DNA of 25,901 nucleotides. Origin: a virus (Duplodnaviria; Caudoviricetes). Below the pieces are notes generated by a model that saw only the letters and a program-made list of their open reading frames with translations, had not been told where the DNA came from and did not search any database. The stretch covers positions 1 through 25,901 of the IMG/VR virus record IMGVR_UViG_3300030106_002948, one strand, 5' to 3'. The translations under genes were made by a program, and so were the position numbers. This document shows, piece after piece, positions 15,062 through 23,903 of the stretch; position 1 is the stretch's first letter; every line of letters begins with the position of its first letter.

Positions 15062-15102
15062 TCTCCTTGGTTTAAACTTTGTCCTTGGAAGGAGATTAGG
15101 CA

Positions 15103-15708
15103 ATGGCAACGACTGCTGCGCCTTATGGTTTCCGTCCTGTTGGTCTTCTTGGCGGCGGAACTTGGTCTGATGCGATTCGTCACATTAAGATTGCCAACAA
15201 TTACGGAACAGCCATTTTTTATGGGGATGTCGTAAAAATCGTTAACACAGGTACGGTTGAAAAGGATGCCGGTACCACAACGATGACGCCCTGTGGAATT
15301 TTTGTTGGGTGTAAATACACCGATCCAAACACTAACCAACTAACCTTTAACCAAACGTATCCCGCTTCTACGGCAGCGGATGATATTATGGCTTATGTTG
15401 TGGATGACCCGAATGTGGTTTTCCAAGCTCAGGGCGATGCCTCTCTGGCTCAAACCGCTCTTGGCAACAATGTGGCTGTGGTTCAGACGGCTGGTTCTAC
15501 GACAATCGGAACGAGTAAGAATGCTATCGATGCGAGTACAATCGCTACCACGAAAACTCTTCCGGTTCGTATCATTGATTTCGTAGATGGTCCGAATTCT
15601 TCGGTTGGTGACAGCTTCACTGATGTCATCTGTAAGTTCAACTCTGGTGGTGACGCGACTGGTGACAGTTGTGCTTCTCACCAATATCAAGATACCACTG
15701 GTATCTAG
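15103..15708 (+). CDS. Putative capsid decoration or minor capsid protein
   Basis: PYGFRP, IFYGD.V and V.DDP motifs; beta-rich; directly precedes the major capsid gene. Confidence 0.65.
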   Translation: MATTAAPYGFRPVGLLGGGTWSDAIRHIKIANNYGTAIFYGDVVKIVNTGTVEKDAGTTTMTPCGIFVGCKYTDPNTNQLTFNQTYPASTAADDIMAYVVDDPNVVFQAQGDASLAQTALGNNVAVVQTAGSTTIGTSKNAIDASTIATTKTLPVRIIDFVDGPNSSVGDSFTDVICKFNSGGDATGDSCASHQYQDTTGI

Positions 15709-15720
15709 GAGGTCTGAGCA

Positions 15721-16629
15721 ATGGCTATCTCAAGAGCACAAATGCTTAAAGAACTCCTGCCGGGGTTGAATGCTCTCTTCGGTCTGGAGTACGAAAAGTA
15801 CGAAGACGAACATACTGAGGTTTATGAGTCAGAATCTTCGGAGCGTAGCTTTGAAGAGGAAGTAGCTCTCTCAGGGTTCGACGCCGCACCTGTTAAGAAT
15901 GAAGGTGCGTCGATCTCGTATGATGTCGCGCAGGAATCTTTCACTGCTCGTTATAACCACGAAACGGTTGCGATGGGTTTTTCGATCACGGAAGAAGCTA
16001 TGGAGGACAACCTCTATGATTCTCTCAGTGCTCGTTATACAAAAGCTCTCGCCCGTGCGATGGCTTACACGAAGCAGGTGAAATCTGCCACGCCTTTGAA
16101 CAACGGTTTTGACACTTTCCAATCTGGTGATGGTGTTACGCTGTTCAGCACTGCCCACCCGCTGGTCAGTGGCGGCACTAACTCAAACCGTCCTGCCACG
16201 GCGACTGATTTGAATGAGACCTCGCTTGAGGCTGCTGTTATTCAAATCTCAAAGTGGACGGATCAACGTGGCCTTCTGATTGCGGCTCGTCCCCGTAAGC
16301 TGATTGTCCCACCGGACTTGATGTTCGTTGCAACTCGAATTCTCGAATCTGAGCTTCGGGTTGGAACCGCTGACAATGATGTCAACGCCATCATGACCAA
16401 CGGTACGATCCCTGAAGGTTACGCGGTCAATCATTATCTCACGGATACAAATGCTTTCTTCATTCGCACCGATGTGCCGAATGGCATGAAGCACTTTGAG
16501 CGTGCTCCGATGACGACTGCGATGGATGGTGATTTCCAAACGGGTAACGTGCGCTACAAAGCGCGTGAGCGTTATTCGTTCGGTGTTTCTGATCCCCTTG
16601 GAATCTTCGGTTCCCCCGGAGCTTCCTAG
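15721..16629 (+). CDS. Major capsid protein (HK97 fold, Mu gpT-like family)
   Basis: MAISRAQMLKELLPGLNALFG, ITEEAMEDNLY, GDGVTLFSTAHP, LIVPP and RERYSFG motifs; strong AGGAGG RBS. Confidence 0.9.
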   Translation: MAISRAQMLKELLPGLNALFGLEYEKYEDEHTEVYESESSERSFEEEVALSGFDAAPVKNEGASISYDVAQESFTARYNHETVAMGFSITEEAMEDNLYDSLSARYTKALARAMAYTKQVKSATPLNNGFDTFQSGDGVTLFSTAHPLVSGGTNSNRPATATDLNETSLEAAVIQISKWTDQRGLLIAARPRKLIVPPDLMFVATRILESELRVGTADNDVNAIMTNGTIPEGYAVNHYLTDTNAFFIRTDVPNGMKHFERAPMTTAMDGDFQTGNVRYKARERYSFGVSDPLGIFGSPGAS

Positions 16630-16634
16630 TCCCA

Positions 16635-16674
16635 ATGAGGGGGAGACCTTGCAGGGTTTCCCCCTCATCCCTTT
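16635..16674 (+). terminator. Hairpin terminator after the major capsid gene
   Basis: ATGAGGGGGAGACC-TTGCAG-GGTTTCCCCCTCAT followed by CCCTTT. Confidence 0.7.
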
Positions 16675-16720
16675 AATTGTCGTAATGGCGCGTATGCGTT
16701 GGTTCTAAGGAGGAACTGTT

Positions 16721-17419
16721 ATGGCAACCACACACTTTACGAATGGTGTTTCTAACCAAACTGTGGGTAACCCACTTTATGATTACCCGTATTTGGACCC
16801 GTTCAAGTACTACACCTATTCCAACGATTTCTTCACTTATCACGCAGATGAGTGGACAATCACCACCACTGAGGCTGGTACTGGTAGCGCCACTGAGGCT
16901 GTTACTTCTCAAGCCGGTGGTGCTCTTTTGATCACAAACGCTGCTGGTGACAATGATCTCGACTTCTTCAATTTGAAGGGCGAGGCTTTTAAGTTTGTCT
17001 CCACGAAGCGCATGTTCTTCAAGGCGAAGTTCAAAGTCAGTGACGCAACCCAGTCAGATGTTGTCATGGGCCTTACGATTACTGACACAACCCCTCTTGA
17101 TACGACTGACGGGATTTTCTTCCAGAAAGACGATGGCGATACCAACATCGACTTTCATATTGAGAAAGACAATTCCGCTACGTCTAACGCTGCAATTGGA
17201 ACTCTTGCGGACGATACGTTCATTACTGTTGCGTTTGCGTATGATCCCAATACGAGTTCTTTCTCCATATTCATGGATGACGTTAAGGTTGGCGAGCAAT
17301 CCACTCTCACGAATGTTCCTGACGATGAGGAACTCACGATTGCATTTGGCATTCAGAATGGAGAGGCAGTTGCAAAAACCATGACCATCGACTTCATTAT
17401 TTGTGCAGTCGAGCGATAA
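16721..17419 (+). CDS. Putative virion structural protein (beta-sandwich-like)
   Basis: T/D/G-rich and beta-rich; AAGGAGG RBS. Confidence 0.7.
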   Translation: MATTHFTNGVSNQTVGNPLYDYPYLDPFKYYTYSNDFFTYHADEWTITTTEAGTGSATEAVTSQAGGALLITNAAGDNDLDFFNLKGEAFKFVSTKRMFFKAKFKVSDATQSDVVMGLTITDTTPLDTTDGIFFQKDDGDTNIDFHIEKDNSATSNAAIGTLADDTFITVAFAYDPNTSSFSIFMDDVKVGEQSTLTNVPDDEELTIAFGIQNGEAVAKTMTIDFIICAVER

Positions 17420-17461
17420 GACAGGGTGAGGGGGAGACCCCTCCCCCCTTAGGGGGTTGAT

Positions 17462-17869
17462 ATGGCAGATGCTGTAAATGTAACTACTGTTGAGGATGGA
17501 GAGCGGCAGCTTGTCGTTCAGTTGACAAATCTTTCTGATGGCACTGGTGAGAGTAAAGTAACCAAAATTGATGTATCGGCTCTAAATTCTAGCGCTACAG
17601 GTAAAGCTTGCAATGAGATTCGCATAGAAGAAATTTGGGGTTCTGTTCATGGTTTTGACGGGGTTCAACTTTTTTATGATGCGGACACAGACGTTGTGGC
17701 GTTTAGTTTGGGTCCAGACTGGACGTATCAAGATTTTTCTAGCGTTGGCGGTTTGAAGATGTATGGCACGAATGCCACGGGCGATATTCTGTTGTCTACG
17801 TTAGGCTCAGAGGCGTCTGGGGATTCTTACACCATAGTAATTCGTGCGGTGAAATACTACGCATCTTAA
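17462..17869 (+). CDS. Putative virion structural protein
   Basis: MADAV...SDGTGES.V.K.DVSAL motif; structural-module position. Confidence 0.7.
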   Translation: MADAVNVTTVEDGERQLVVQLTNLSDGTGESKVTKIDVSALNSSATGKACNEIRIEEIWGSVHGFDGVQLFYDADTDVVAFSLGPDWTYQDFSSVGGLKMYGTNATGDILLSTLGSEASGDSYTIVIRAVKYYAS

Positions 17870-17896
17870 CGGGTCGATGTAAAATGTAGGGTTGTC

Positions 17897-18196
17897 ATGG
17901 CGGCACGGAAAAAACGCGGAACTGGCATGAAAGGTATGACCATCAAGGGTGGTCATAAGCGCCCTACTAAATCTGGCGCTGGCATGACAGCCAAGGGAGT
18001 GGCTAAGTACCGTCGCCAAAATCCGGGTAGTAAACTTAAAACTGCTGTCACCGAAAAGAAGCCTAAGTCAAAATCTAGGGCTGCTCGTCGCAAATCCTTC
18101 TGTGCTCGTAGTAAGGGCCAGATGAAAAAGTTCCCCAAAGCTGCAAAAAACCCAAATAGTAGATTGCGCCAAGCAAGGCGTAGATGGAGATGTTGA
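17897..18196 (+). CDS. Small highly basic protein (DUF6321-like)
   Basis: G.GMTAKG...RRKSFCARS.G...NSRL..ARRRW.C. Confidence 0.7.
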   Translation: MAARKKRGTGMKGMTIKGGHKRPTKSGAGMTAKGVAKYRRQNPGSKLKTAVTEKKPKSKSRAARRKSFCARSKGQMKKFPKAAKNPNSRLRQARRRWRC

Positions 18197-18420
18197 TGGC
18201 TGCTAGAAAAAAAACGACTGCAAAAAAGAAACCTTCTGCTAGAAAATCTAAAAGTAGGGTGAATGAGGCGGGTAATTATACAAAGCCCGCTATGCGTAAG
18301 CGTTTATTTAGCAGAATAAAATCAGGCGGTAAGGGTGGAAAGCCGGGTCAGTGGAGTGCTCGAAAAGCTCAAATGTTAGCGAGCGCTTATAAAAAGGCTG
18401 GTGGTGGGTACAGAGACTAA
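18196..18420 (+). CDS. Small basic protein resembling the N-half of DUF5872
   Basis: YTKP..R...KGGKPGQWSARKAQMLA..YKKAGGGY; start at the TGATG overlap. Confidence 0.7.
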   Translation: MAARKKTTAKKKPSARKSKSRVNEAGNYTKPAMRKRLFSRIKSGGKGGKPGQWSARKAQMLASAYKKAGGGYRD

Positions 18421-18662
18421 TGCCTAAACGTAAATCTCAAAAAAGTCTGACGAAGTGGACAAAGCAAAAATGGAGAACAAAGTCTGGGAAACCCTCCGGG
18501 AAAACGGGGGAAAGATACTTGCCGGAGAAGGCCATCAAATCTCTATCCCCTCAGGAGTATGCAGCGACCACGCGAGCAAAGCGCCGGGGGACTGCTGCCG
18601 GAAAACAGCACGTAAAGCAGCCCAAGAGAATAGCCAAGAAGACGGCAAGGCATCGTAAGTAA
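18420..18662 (+). CDS. Small basic protein resembling the C-half of DUF5872
   Basis: SQKSL.KWTKQKWRTK...RYLP.KA...LS...GKQ. Confidence 0.7.
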   Translation: MPKRKSQKSLTKWTKQKWRTKSGKPSGKTGERYLPEKAIKSLSPQEYAATTRAKRRGTAAGKQHVKQPKRIAKKTARHRK

Positions 18663-18844
18663 TGTCCATATCCAGAAGTCAAATGGGCAGTCAGTTGAAG
18701 GGTGGTAAAAAAATGCCAGCAAAAAAACTCAGTTCAAAGCAAAAAAAGATTGCTAGAGTTGCTCCCCCAAGAAATAAAATTACCGGAGCAGACTTTAAAA
18801 AACTAAAAAAGTCTAAACCATCTAGTAGGCGTAAAAAGAAGTGA
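18662..18844 (+). CDS. Small lysine-rich protein
   Basis: 60 aa; TAATG and GTGA overlaps; KITGADF motif. Confidence 0.65.
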   Translation: MSISRSQMGSQLKGGKKMPAKKLSSKQKKIARVAPPRNKITGADFKKLKKSKPSSRRKKK

Positions 18845-19377
18845 ATGTGTCTAATAACGTCATTAGAGAAGAGTTGAGGGATTGGTCTAGTTCTGTGCTA
18901 GAGATACCAAATCCGCACCTCTCTGGGCTTCCAGCCTGTCCCTACGCAAAAAAATCTTGGTCTGATGGCCGAGTGCAAACTCTTGTAGGGGAAGACGTTT
19001 TAGACTTGAAAGAGGCGATATCTCTATACGATCCAGTTACTACAGACATATTGATATGGGTTAATTTTAACCTTGGTCGTCAAAATTTGTGGGAGCGCTG
19101 GACTACGTTGTGGAACAAGCACAATGTCAAAAAAGATATTCACTTGATGTTGTTTCACCCTGATTATCCGCCGTCAGAGGATAGTGAGGAGTTTTTAACT
19201 GACAATGAATGGGAATCGTCCCTTGATGATTACATGATGGTTTTTATTCAGTCTCTGTCTGCACTAAATAAAGCAAGTGTAGCGCTAGAAGGGATTGGGT
19301 ATTATAATCATTTCTCAGATCATCTTTATCAAACCTTGGTTTTAGATAGAAGGAGAGCTTGCGATGGCAATGGGTAA
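18841..19377 (+). CDS. Conserved phage hypothetical protein (CPYA...HP...GYY)
   Basis: PACPYAK, MLFHPD and L...GYY motifs. Confidence 0.7.
   Translation: MNVSNNVIREELRDWSSSVLEIPNPHLSGLPACPYAKKSWSDGRVQTLVGEDVLDLKEAISLYDPVTTDILIWVNFNLGRQNLWERWTTLWNKHNVKKDIHLMLFHPDYPPSEDSEEFLTDNEWESSLDDYMMVFIQSLSALNKASVALEGIGYYNHFSDHLYQTLVLDRRRACDGNG
19056..19075. promoter_or_regulatory. Palindromic site, copy 9 (intragenic)
   Basis: ATGGGTTAATTTTAACCTTG inside 18841..19377. Confidence 0.6.
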
Positions 19378-19534
19378 GAAAATGATGGCTAAGAAAAAAG
19401 CCAAAAAACCGATGAAGAAAGTCATGGCGCGTGGCGGCATGAAAAAGAACGGCAACGGTAAAAAGAAGGTTATGGCTCGCGGTGGCATGAAGAAAATGAT
19501 GATGCGCGGCGGCAGCAAAATGAAGAAGAAGTGA
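19364..19534 (+). CDS. 56-aa K/M/G-rich protein with three MxRGG repeats (not in ORF track)
   Basis: AAGGAG RBS; MAMGKKMMAKKKAKKPMKKVMARGGMKKNGNGKKKVMARGGMKKMMMRGGSKMKKK. Confidence 0.75.
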   Translation: MAMGKKMMAKKKAKKPMKKVMARGGMKKNGNGKKKVMARGGMKKMMMRGGSKMKKK

Positions 19535-19538
19535 TTAG

Positions 19539-20228
19539 ATGGCGACCAGCGGTACATCAGATTTTACTTTAGATATCCTAGATATCTGCGAGGAAGCCTA
19601 CGAGAGGGCTGGCATGGAGATGCGTGGCGGTTACGAGCTAAAGACGGCTCGTCGCAGTCTTGATCTTATGTCTCTTGAGTGGATCAATCGCGGTGTAAAT
19701 CTTTGGACTATCGAAGAAGGAACTCTTGCCCTGACCGCTGGAACCGCCACCTACAGTTTTCCTGCGGGTACGATTGATTTTATTGAGCACCACATTAGAA
19801 CTAATGCCGGTAGTACAAGCAATCAGTCAGATTCAAATCTAACAAGGATTAGCCCGTCAACATTTGCTAACATTCCCAATAAGCTTACCTCTGGGAAACC
19901 GTTGCAGATTTATATCCAAAGGACAAATTCACCACAATTTACCTTGTGGCCGGTCCCGGATAGCACAGAGACATATACTTTGGCCTTTCTTAGAATTAAG
20001 AGAATTCAAGATGTAGGTACAAAGGGGACGAACAACTATGACGCTCCTGAGCGTTGGCTCCCAGCATTAACCGCTGGTCTTGCTTATTATGTTTCTATGA
20101 AAAATCCCGAAACTCAAGAAAGGACATCAGGTCTTAAACAGATTTATGATGAGCAGTTTGACTTTGCTGCTGGTGAGGATCGTGTGAAGGCAGGTATTAG
20201 AATTACACCGGGAGGGTATAACATATAA
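19539..20228 (+). CDS. Putative head-tail connector or adaptor protein
   Basis: MATSGT..F, EEAYERAG, ARRSL, G.NLWT, LWPVPD and GLAYY motifs. Confidence 0.7.
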   Translation: MATSGTSDFTLDILDICEEAYERAGMEMRGGYELKTARRSLDLMSLEWINRGVNLWTIEEGTLALTAGTATYSFPAGTIDFIEHHIRTNAGSTSNQSDSNLTRISPSTFANIPNKLTSGKPLQIYIQRTNSPQFTLWPVPDSTETYTLAFLRIKRIQDVGTKGTNNYDAPERWLPALTAGLAYYVSMKNPETQERTSGLKQIYDEQFDFAAGEDRVKAGIRITPGGYNI

Positions 20229-20581
20229 TGTCTTACGCTTCTGGTAAGTATGCTCTGGGTATATGTGATCGTAGTGGCTTCACGTACAAGTTGAAGGACT
20301 TGGTGTATGAAGTGCAAGACGGCAAAAATACCGGATTGCGTGTGGGTCGTGATATGTTGGACCCGGATCACCCTCAAAATTTTTTAGGCAGGTTTCCTGT
20401 TGACGACTTTCAAGCATTGAGGGGCGCTCGTCCAGATAACAGGCTTGATTCTTCTTCAAATGCATCTGCCAATTGGAACCCGGTTGGAGATAGAAATATT
20501 TTATCTCAGGCTTATGGGTTTTCGACTGAAGAGAGCTTACAAGCTACCGGCGCTGTCGGGAATGTAACGGTGTCAGTATGA
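20228..20581 (+). CDS. Conserved virion-module hypothetical protein
   Basis: ASGKYALGICDRSGF.Y...DP.HPQ. Confidence 0.7.
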   Translation: MSYASGKYALGICDRSGFTYKLKDLVYEVQDGKNTGLRVGRDMLDPDHPQNFLGRFPVDDFQALRGARPDNRLDSSSNASANWNPVGDRNILSQAYGFSTEESLQATGAVGNVTVSV

Positions 20582-20802
20582 TGTCTGTATTTAGTGAAGA
20601 CATATCATTGATGCAAAAAGCTGCTGCTGACAAAGATATTTTTTACTTTGTGAGCGTTGACGGTGCTAATGAAGAAAACGCAAAGGTTGTCGTAGAGTTT
20701 TCGGGTATGTCTGATCTTGATCATGCTATGTGGTTTGGAAAATATGTCTCTTTGCTCTTACAGCTAAATGATTTCAATGGTTATTCTGAATTGCCAAATT
20801 GA
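20578..20802 (+). CDS. Hypothetical protein
   Basis: ATGA-coupled ORF that fills the gap. Confidence 0.55.
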   Translation: MMSVFSEDISLMQKAAADKDIFYFVSVDGANEENAKVVVEFSGMSDLDHAMWFGKYVSLLLQLNDFNGYSELPN

Positions 20803-20811
20803 GGTTCCGTC

Positions 20812-21444
20812 ATGAATTACACTGAACTTAAAACGGCTATTCAAGATTACACGCAAAGTAGTGAAACTTCCTTTGTCACAAATATAGACACTTTCATTGC
20901 ACAGGCTGAAAATCGTCTGTTTTTTGATATTGATGTGCCTGACTTTCACAAGAACGTCACAGGCACTATGACAACGAGCAATACATATCTACAGAAACCC
21001 AGTGATCTGTTTAAGGTGTACTCGTTGGCGGTTATTCAAACCGGAAATGTATACAAATATTTACTGCCCAAAGATGTTTCTTTTATACGCGAAGCATTCC
21101 CTGATGCTGATGATACGGGTCTTCCTACTCACTACGGTAACTTTGATGAAGAGTTTTTTATCGTAGGCCCCGCTCCAGATCAAAACTACTCTGTTGAGCT
21201 TCATTACAAGTTCCAGCCAGATACGCTTTCGTCTACAAATGCCAATAGTTGGTTTGGTGACAATGCTGAGGCTGCATTGTTGTACGCCACGTTGGTAGAA
21301 GCTTATACATATCTAAAGGGTGAAGCTGACATCATGACGATGTATAACAATCGTTATACCGCTGCACTGCAATCGCTACAAAGATATGGTGCTGCCGATG
21401 TTAATATGGACTCTTATCGCAATACCATGAGGCGAACAGCATGA
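20812..21444 (+). CDS. Putative adaptor or tail-tube-associated protein
   Basis: MNYTELKTAIQDY, FI.QAE.R, GP.PD..Y.VELHY and LLY..LVEAY.YLKG motifs. Confidence 0.7.
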   Translation: MNYTELKTAIQDYTQSSETSFVTNIDTFIAQAENRLFFDIDVPDFHKNVTGTMTTSNTYLQKPSDLFKVYSLAVIQTGNVYKYLLPKDVSFIREAFPDADDTGLPTHYGNFDEEFFIVGPAPDQNYSVELHYKFQPDTLSSTNANSWFGDNAEAALLYATLVEAYTYLKGEADIMTMYNNRYTAALQSLQRYGAADVNMDSYRNTMRRTA

Positions 21445-21734
21445 TTTCTGACTCATTATCTACCGGGGAAGTTCGGTCAGTATTTGTTCAAACAAGTTCA
21501 GACGGTGGTTTGTCTGCTGAACAAATTGCTGATTTGTGCTGTCGTAAGCTAGTGCATGTATCTAATGACGCCCCTCCTGAGATACGGGATCAGGCTATAG
21601 TGTTTAAAGTTCGTGTAGAAAATTTAATTTTGGGATATATTAAAGAAGCTATGAGGGCAGAGCGAGATCGTTGCGTTCATGTTGCTTCTTCTGGTGGTTA
21701 CGATGATCTCGCGAATCTCTTGAGGAGAGTATAA
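21441..21734 (+). CDS. Hypothetical protein
   Basis: ATGA-coupled 97-aa ORF. Confidence 0.7.
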   Translation: MISDSLSTGEVRSVFVQTSSDGGLSAEQIADLCCRKLVHVSNDAPPEIRDQAIVFKVRVENLILGYIKEAMRAERDRCVHVASSGGYDDLANLLRRV

Positions 21735-22168
21735 TGGCTTTTAGCGGGAATTTTATGTGTACCTCTTTTAAGAAAGAGCTTCTGGAGGGTGTACATAATT
21801 TTAAGAACAGTGGGGGTAGCACCTTTAAGCTTGCTTTGTATACCAATTCGGCAAGTTTTACGGCTGCTACGACGGCGTATACGACGAGTAATGAAGTTAG
21901 TGGAACTGGTTATAGCGCGGGTGGCGGCACCCTGACGAGAATCGATCCCACGACTAGTAGCACAACGGGCTTTACTGATTTTGCTGATCTCACATTTAGC
22001 TCGTCTACCATAACTGCTCGCGGCGCTTTGATATACAATGACTCCGCAAGCGGAGACCCAAGTGTCGTTGTTTTAGATTTTGGTTCTGACAAAAGTAGTT
22101 CGTCTGGAGATTTTACGGTTCAGTTCCCTGCTGCTGATGCGTCAAATGCTATTATTAGAATAGCATAG
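21734..22168 (+). CDS. Putative tail or fibre-associated structural protein
   Basis: CTSFK.ELL, FKLALYT, GY.AGG..L, ARGALIYN and VLDFG motifs. Confidence 0.7.
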   Translation: MAFSGNFMCTSFKKELLEGVHNFKNSGGSTFKLALYTNSASFTAATTAYTTSNEVSGTGYSAGGGTLTRIDPTTSSTTGFTDFADLTFSSSTITARGALIYNDSASGDPSVVVLDFGSDKSSSSGDFTVQFPAADASNAIIRIA

Positions 22169-22177
22169 GTGTAGGGC

Positions 22178-22480
22178 ATGTCTTTAACGGGATGGGGTAG
22201 AGGTAGTTGGGGAAGTGGCGCTTGGAATGCCCCGGCCCCTGTTGAAGTCACAGGTGTTGCTGGCACGGGTGGTGTAGGCAGCGTCATTATTGGTGAAGGC
22301 GTAGGCGTTGCTGTCACTGGTTTGTCGGGTACTGGTCAAGTTGATGGCGGCACAATAATTGCGCTGCCGATTACTGTTTCGGTGACGGGTGTCTCTGCTA
22401 CTGGGCAAACGTCACAGATTAATGTTTGGAGTGAGGTTGGGCCAAATCAAAATGCTAATTACCAAAGGATAGCTGCCTAG
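22178..22480 (+). CDS. G/V/T-rich structural protein with WG repeats
   Basis: GWGRGSWGSGAW N-terminus and VTG repeats. Confidence 0.7.
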   Translation: MSLTGWGRGSWGSGAWNAPAPVEVTGVAGTGGVGSVIIGEGVGVAVTGLSGTGQVDGGTIIALPITVSVTGVSATGQTSQINVWSEVGPNQNANYQRIAA

Positions 22481-22481
22481 T

Positions 22482-22501
22482 TGAGGTTAAATTTAACTTC
22501 A
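22482..22501. promoter_or_regulatory. Palindromic site, copy 10
   Basis: TGAGGTTAAATTTAACTTCA, immediately after a stop codon and before the tail fibre RBS. Confidence 0.8.
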
Positions 22502-22520
22502 AACAGCTTAGGAGAGTTAA

Positions 22521-23903
22521 ATGGCTAGTACATTCGTAAATGACCTTCGTCTAGAAGAAATGGCGACGGGGGAAAATTCTGGAACTTGGGGTACTAAAAC
22601 TAATACCAATCTTGAGTTGATCGGTGAAGCTTTTAGTATGGGAACAGAAAACCTTGGTTCTGATGCTAATGCAACGATTACTCTTGCTGATGGTTCTACG
22701 GATGAAGCACGGTCATTTTATTTAAAGATAACTTCTACCAGCCTGTCGGCAACCAGAGAGGTAACTTTAGCTCCTAATACCGTATCGAAGATATGGGTTA
22801 TTGAGAATGCGACCACTGGTAGTCAATCGATAACAATCAAACAGGGTTCAGGCGCTACTGTTACTATTCCAAATGGTGGGGTTAAGGCTGTTGTCACAGA
22901 CGGTGCTGGCTCTGGTGCGGCGGTTCTTGATGTATTCACTGACCTGTCAGTGACTGGTAGTTTTACGACTGGTGCCAGTGTCACCGTGGGTAGCGGTGCG
23001 GAAGAAGACACAAAAATAGTGTTTGATGGTAATGCTCAAGATTTTTATATCGGACTGGACGATAGCGCAGACGATTTGGTTATTGGTAAGGGTTCTGCTG
23101 TTGGAACAACGCCAGCAGTAGAAATTGACGAAAATTTAGATATTAAGTTCGCTGAGAGTATTGGTGTAGGTCAAGCTGCATCCAGCACGACTGGAGACAT
23201 CGTAGCACAAACGATGAGTTTGAAGGGGACCACTCCCAGCCTAACCATTGGAGATGGTGGCGAAGAAGACACAAAGCTTGTTTACGATGGCAATGCTAAA
23301 GACTTCTACATGGGTCTAGATGACAGTGCTGATAAACTTGTGGTGGGTGTGGGATCGACTGTTGGCACCAACTCTATCTTAACGCTTGATGATGATTCTG
23401 TTACCGTTGGAGATGGGGCAGAAGTGGATACAAAGGTTGTATTCGATGGTAATGCTCAGGATTATTACATTGGCCTAGACGATAGCGCAGACAGCTTGCT
23501 AGTTGGTTCTGGTTCTACAGTTGGCACTACCCCAGCAATTACCATCGATCAAAACCAGACGGTCACTTTTAGTAAGTCTGCCGTTGGCGCTACTCTCACT
23601 GATACGTCTAACTCTGGAAATGTGACGTTGGATTTCCAAGCCAGTCAAAATTTTGTTTTGACACTTACAGGTAATGTGACGCTTGACAATCCATCAACGG
23701 AAGCTGTCGGTCAGTCTGGTATTATGGTTTTCATCCAAGATGGAACTGGCTCTCGCACTCTCAGCCTTGGAACTGATTATGAGACGGCTGGTGGTGCCGG
23801 GATAACTTTGAGCACAGATGCAAGTGCAGTTGACGTTGTTCCTTACTTTGTAAAGGCTTCCGGTAGTATTCAGCTTGGTGCTCCACAGAAGGCTTTTGCT
23901 TAA
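22521..23903 (+). CDS. Tail fibre protein with three internal repeats
   Basis: GENSGTWG..TN.NL anchor; three copies of E.DTK.V.DGNA.D.Y.GLDDSAD.L..G.GS.VGT; C-terminal QDGTGSRTL module. Confidence 0.8.
   Translation: MASTFVNDLRLEEMATGENSGTWGTKTNTNLELIGEAFSMGTENLGSDANATITLADGSTDEARSFYLKITSTSLSATREVTLAPNTVSKIWVIENATTGSQSITIKQGSGATVTIPNGGVKAVVTDGAGSGAAVLDVFTDLSVTGSFTTGASVTVGSGAEEDTKIVFDGNAQDFYIGLDDSADDLVIGKGSAVGTTPAVEIDENLDIKFAESIGVGQAASSTTGDIVAQTMSLKGTTPSLTIGDGGEEDTKLVYDGNAKDFYMGLDDSADKLVVGVGSTVGTNSILTLDDDSVTVGDGAEVDTKVVFDGNAQDYYIGLDDSADSLLVGSGSTVGTTPAITIDQNQTVTFSKSAVGATLTDTSNSGNVTLDFQASQNFVLTLTGNVTLDNPSTEAVGQSGIMVFIQDGTGSRTLSLGTDYETAGGAGITLSTDASAVDVVPYFVKASGSIQLGAPQKAFA

Noticed and set aside
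144-22501. The palindrome read as a CtrA box, alphaproteobacterial SOS box, dif site, integron attC or CRISPR repeat
   Set aside because: CtrA needs TTAA-N7-TTAA (here N2 at best). The alphaproteobacterial LexA box is a GTTC-N7-GTTC direct repeat. There are no XerC/D arms, attC has AAC...GTT in the opposite order with a long stem, and the copies are dispersed without regular spacers.
22990-23535. Tail fibre repeats as a diversity-generating retroelement TR/VR pair
   Set aside because: Differences are largely synonymous and not adenine-specific; no reverse transcriptase in the window
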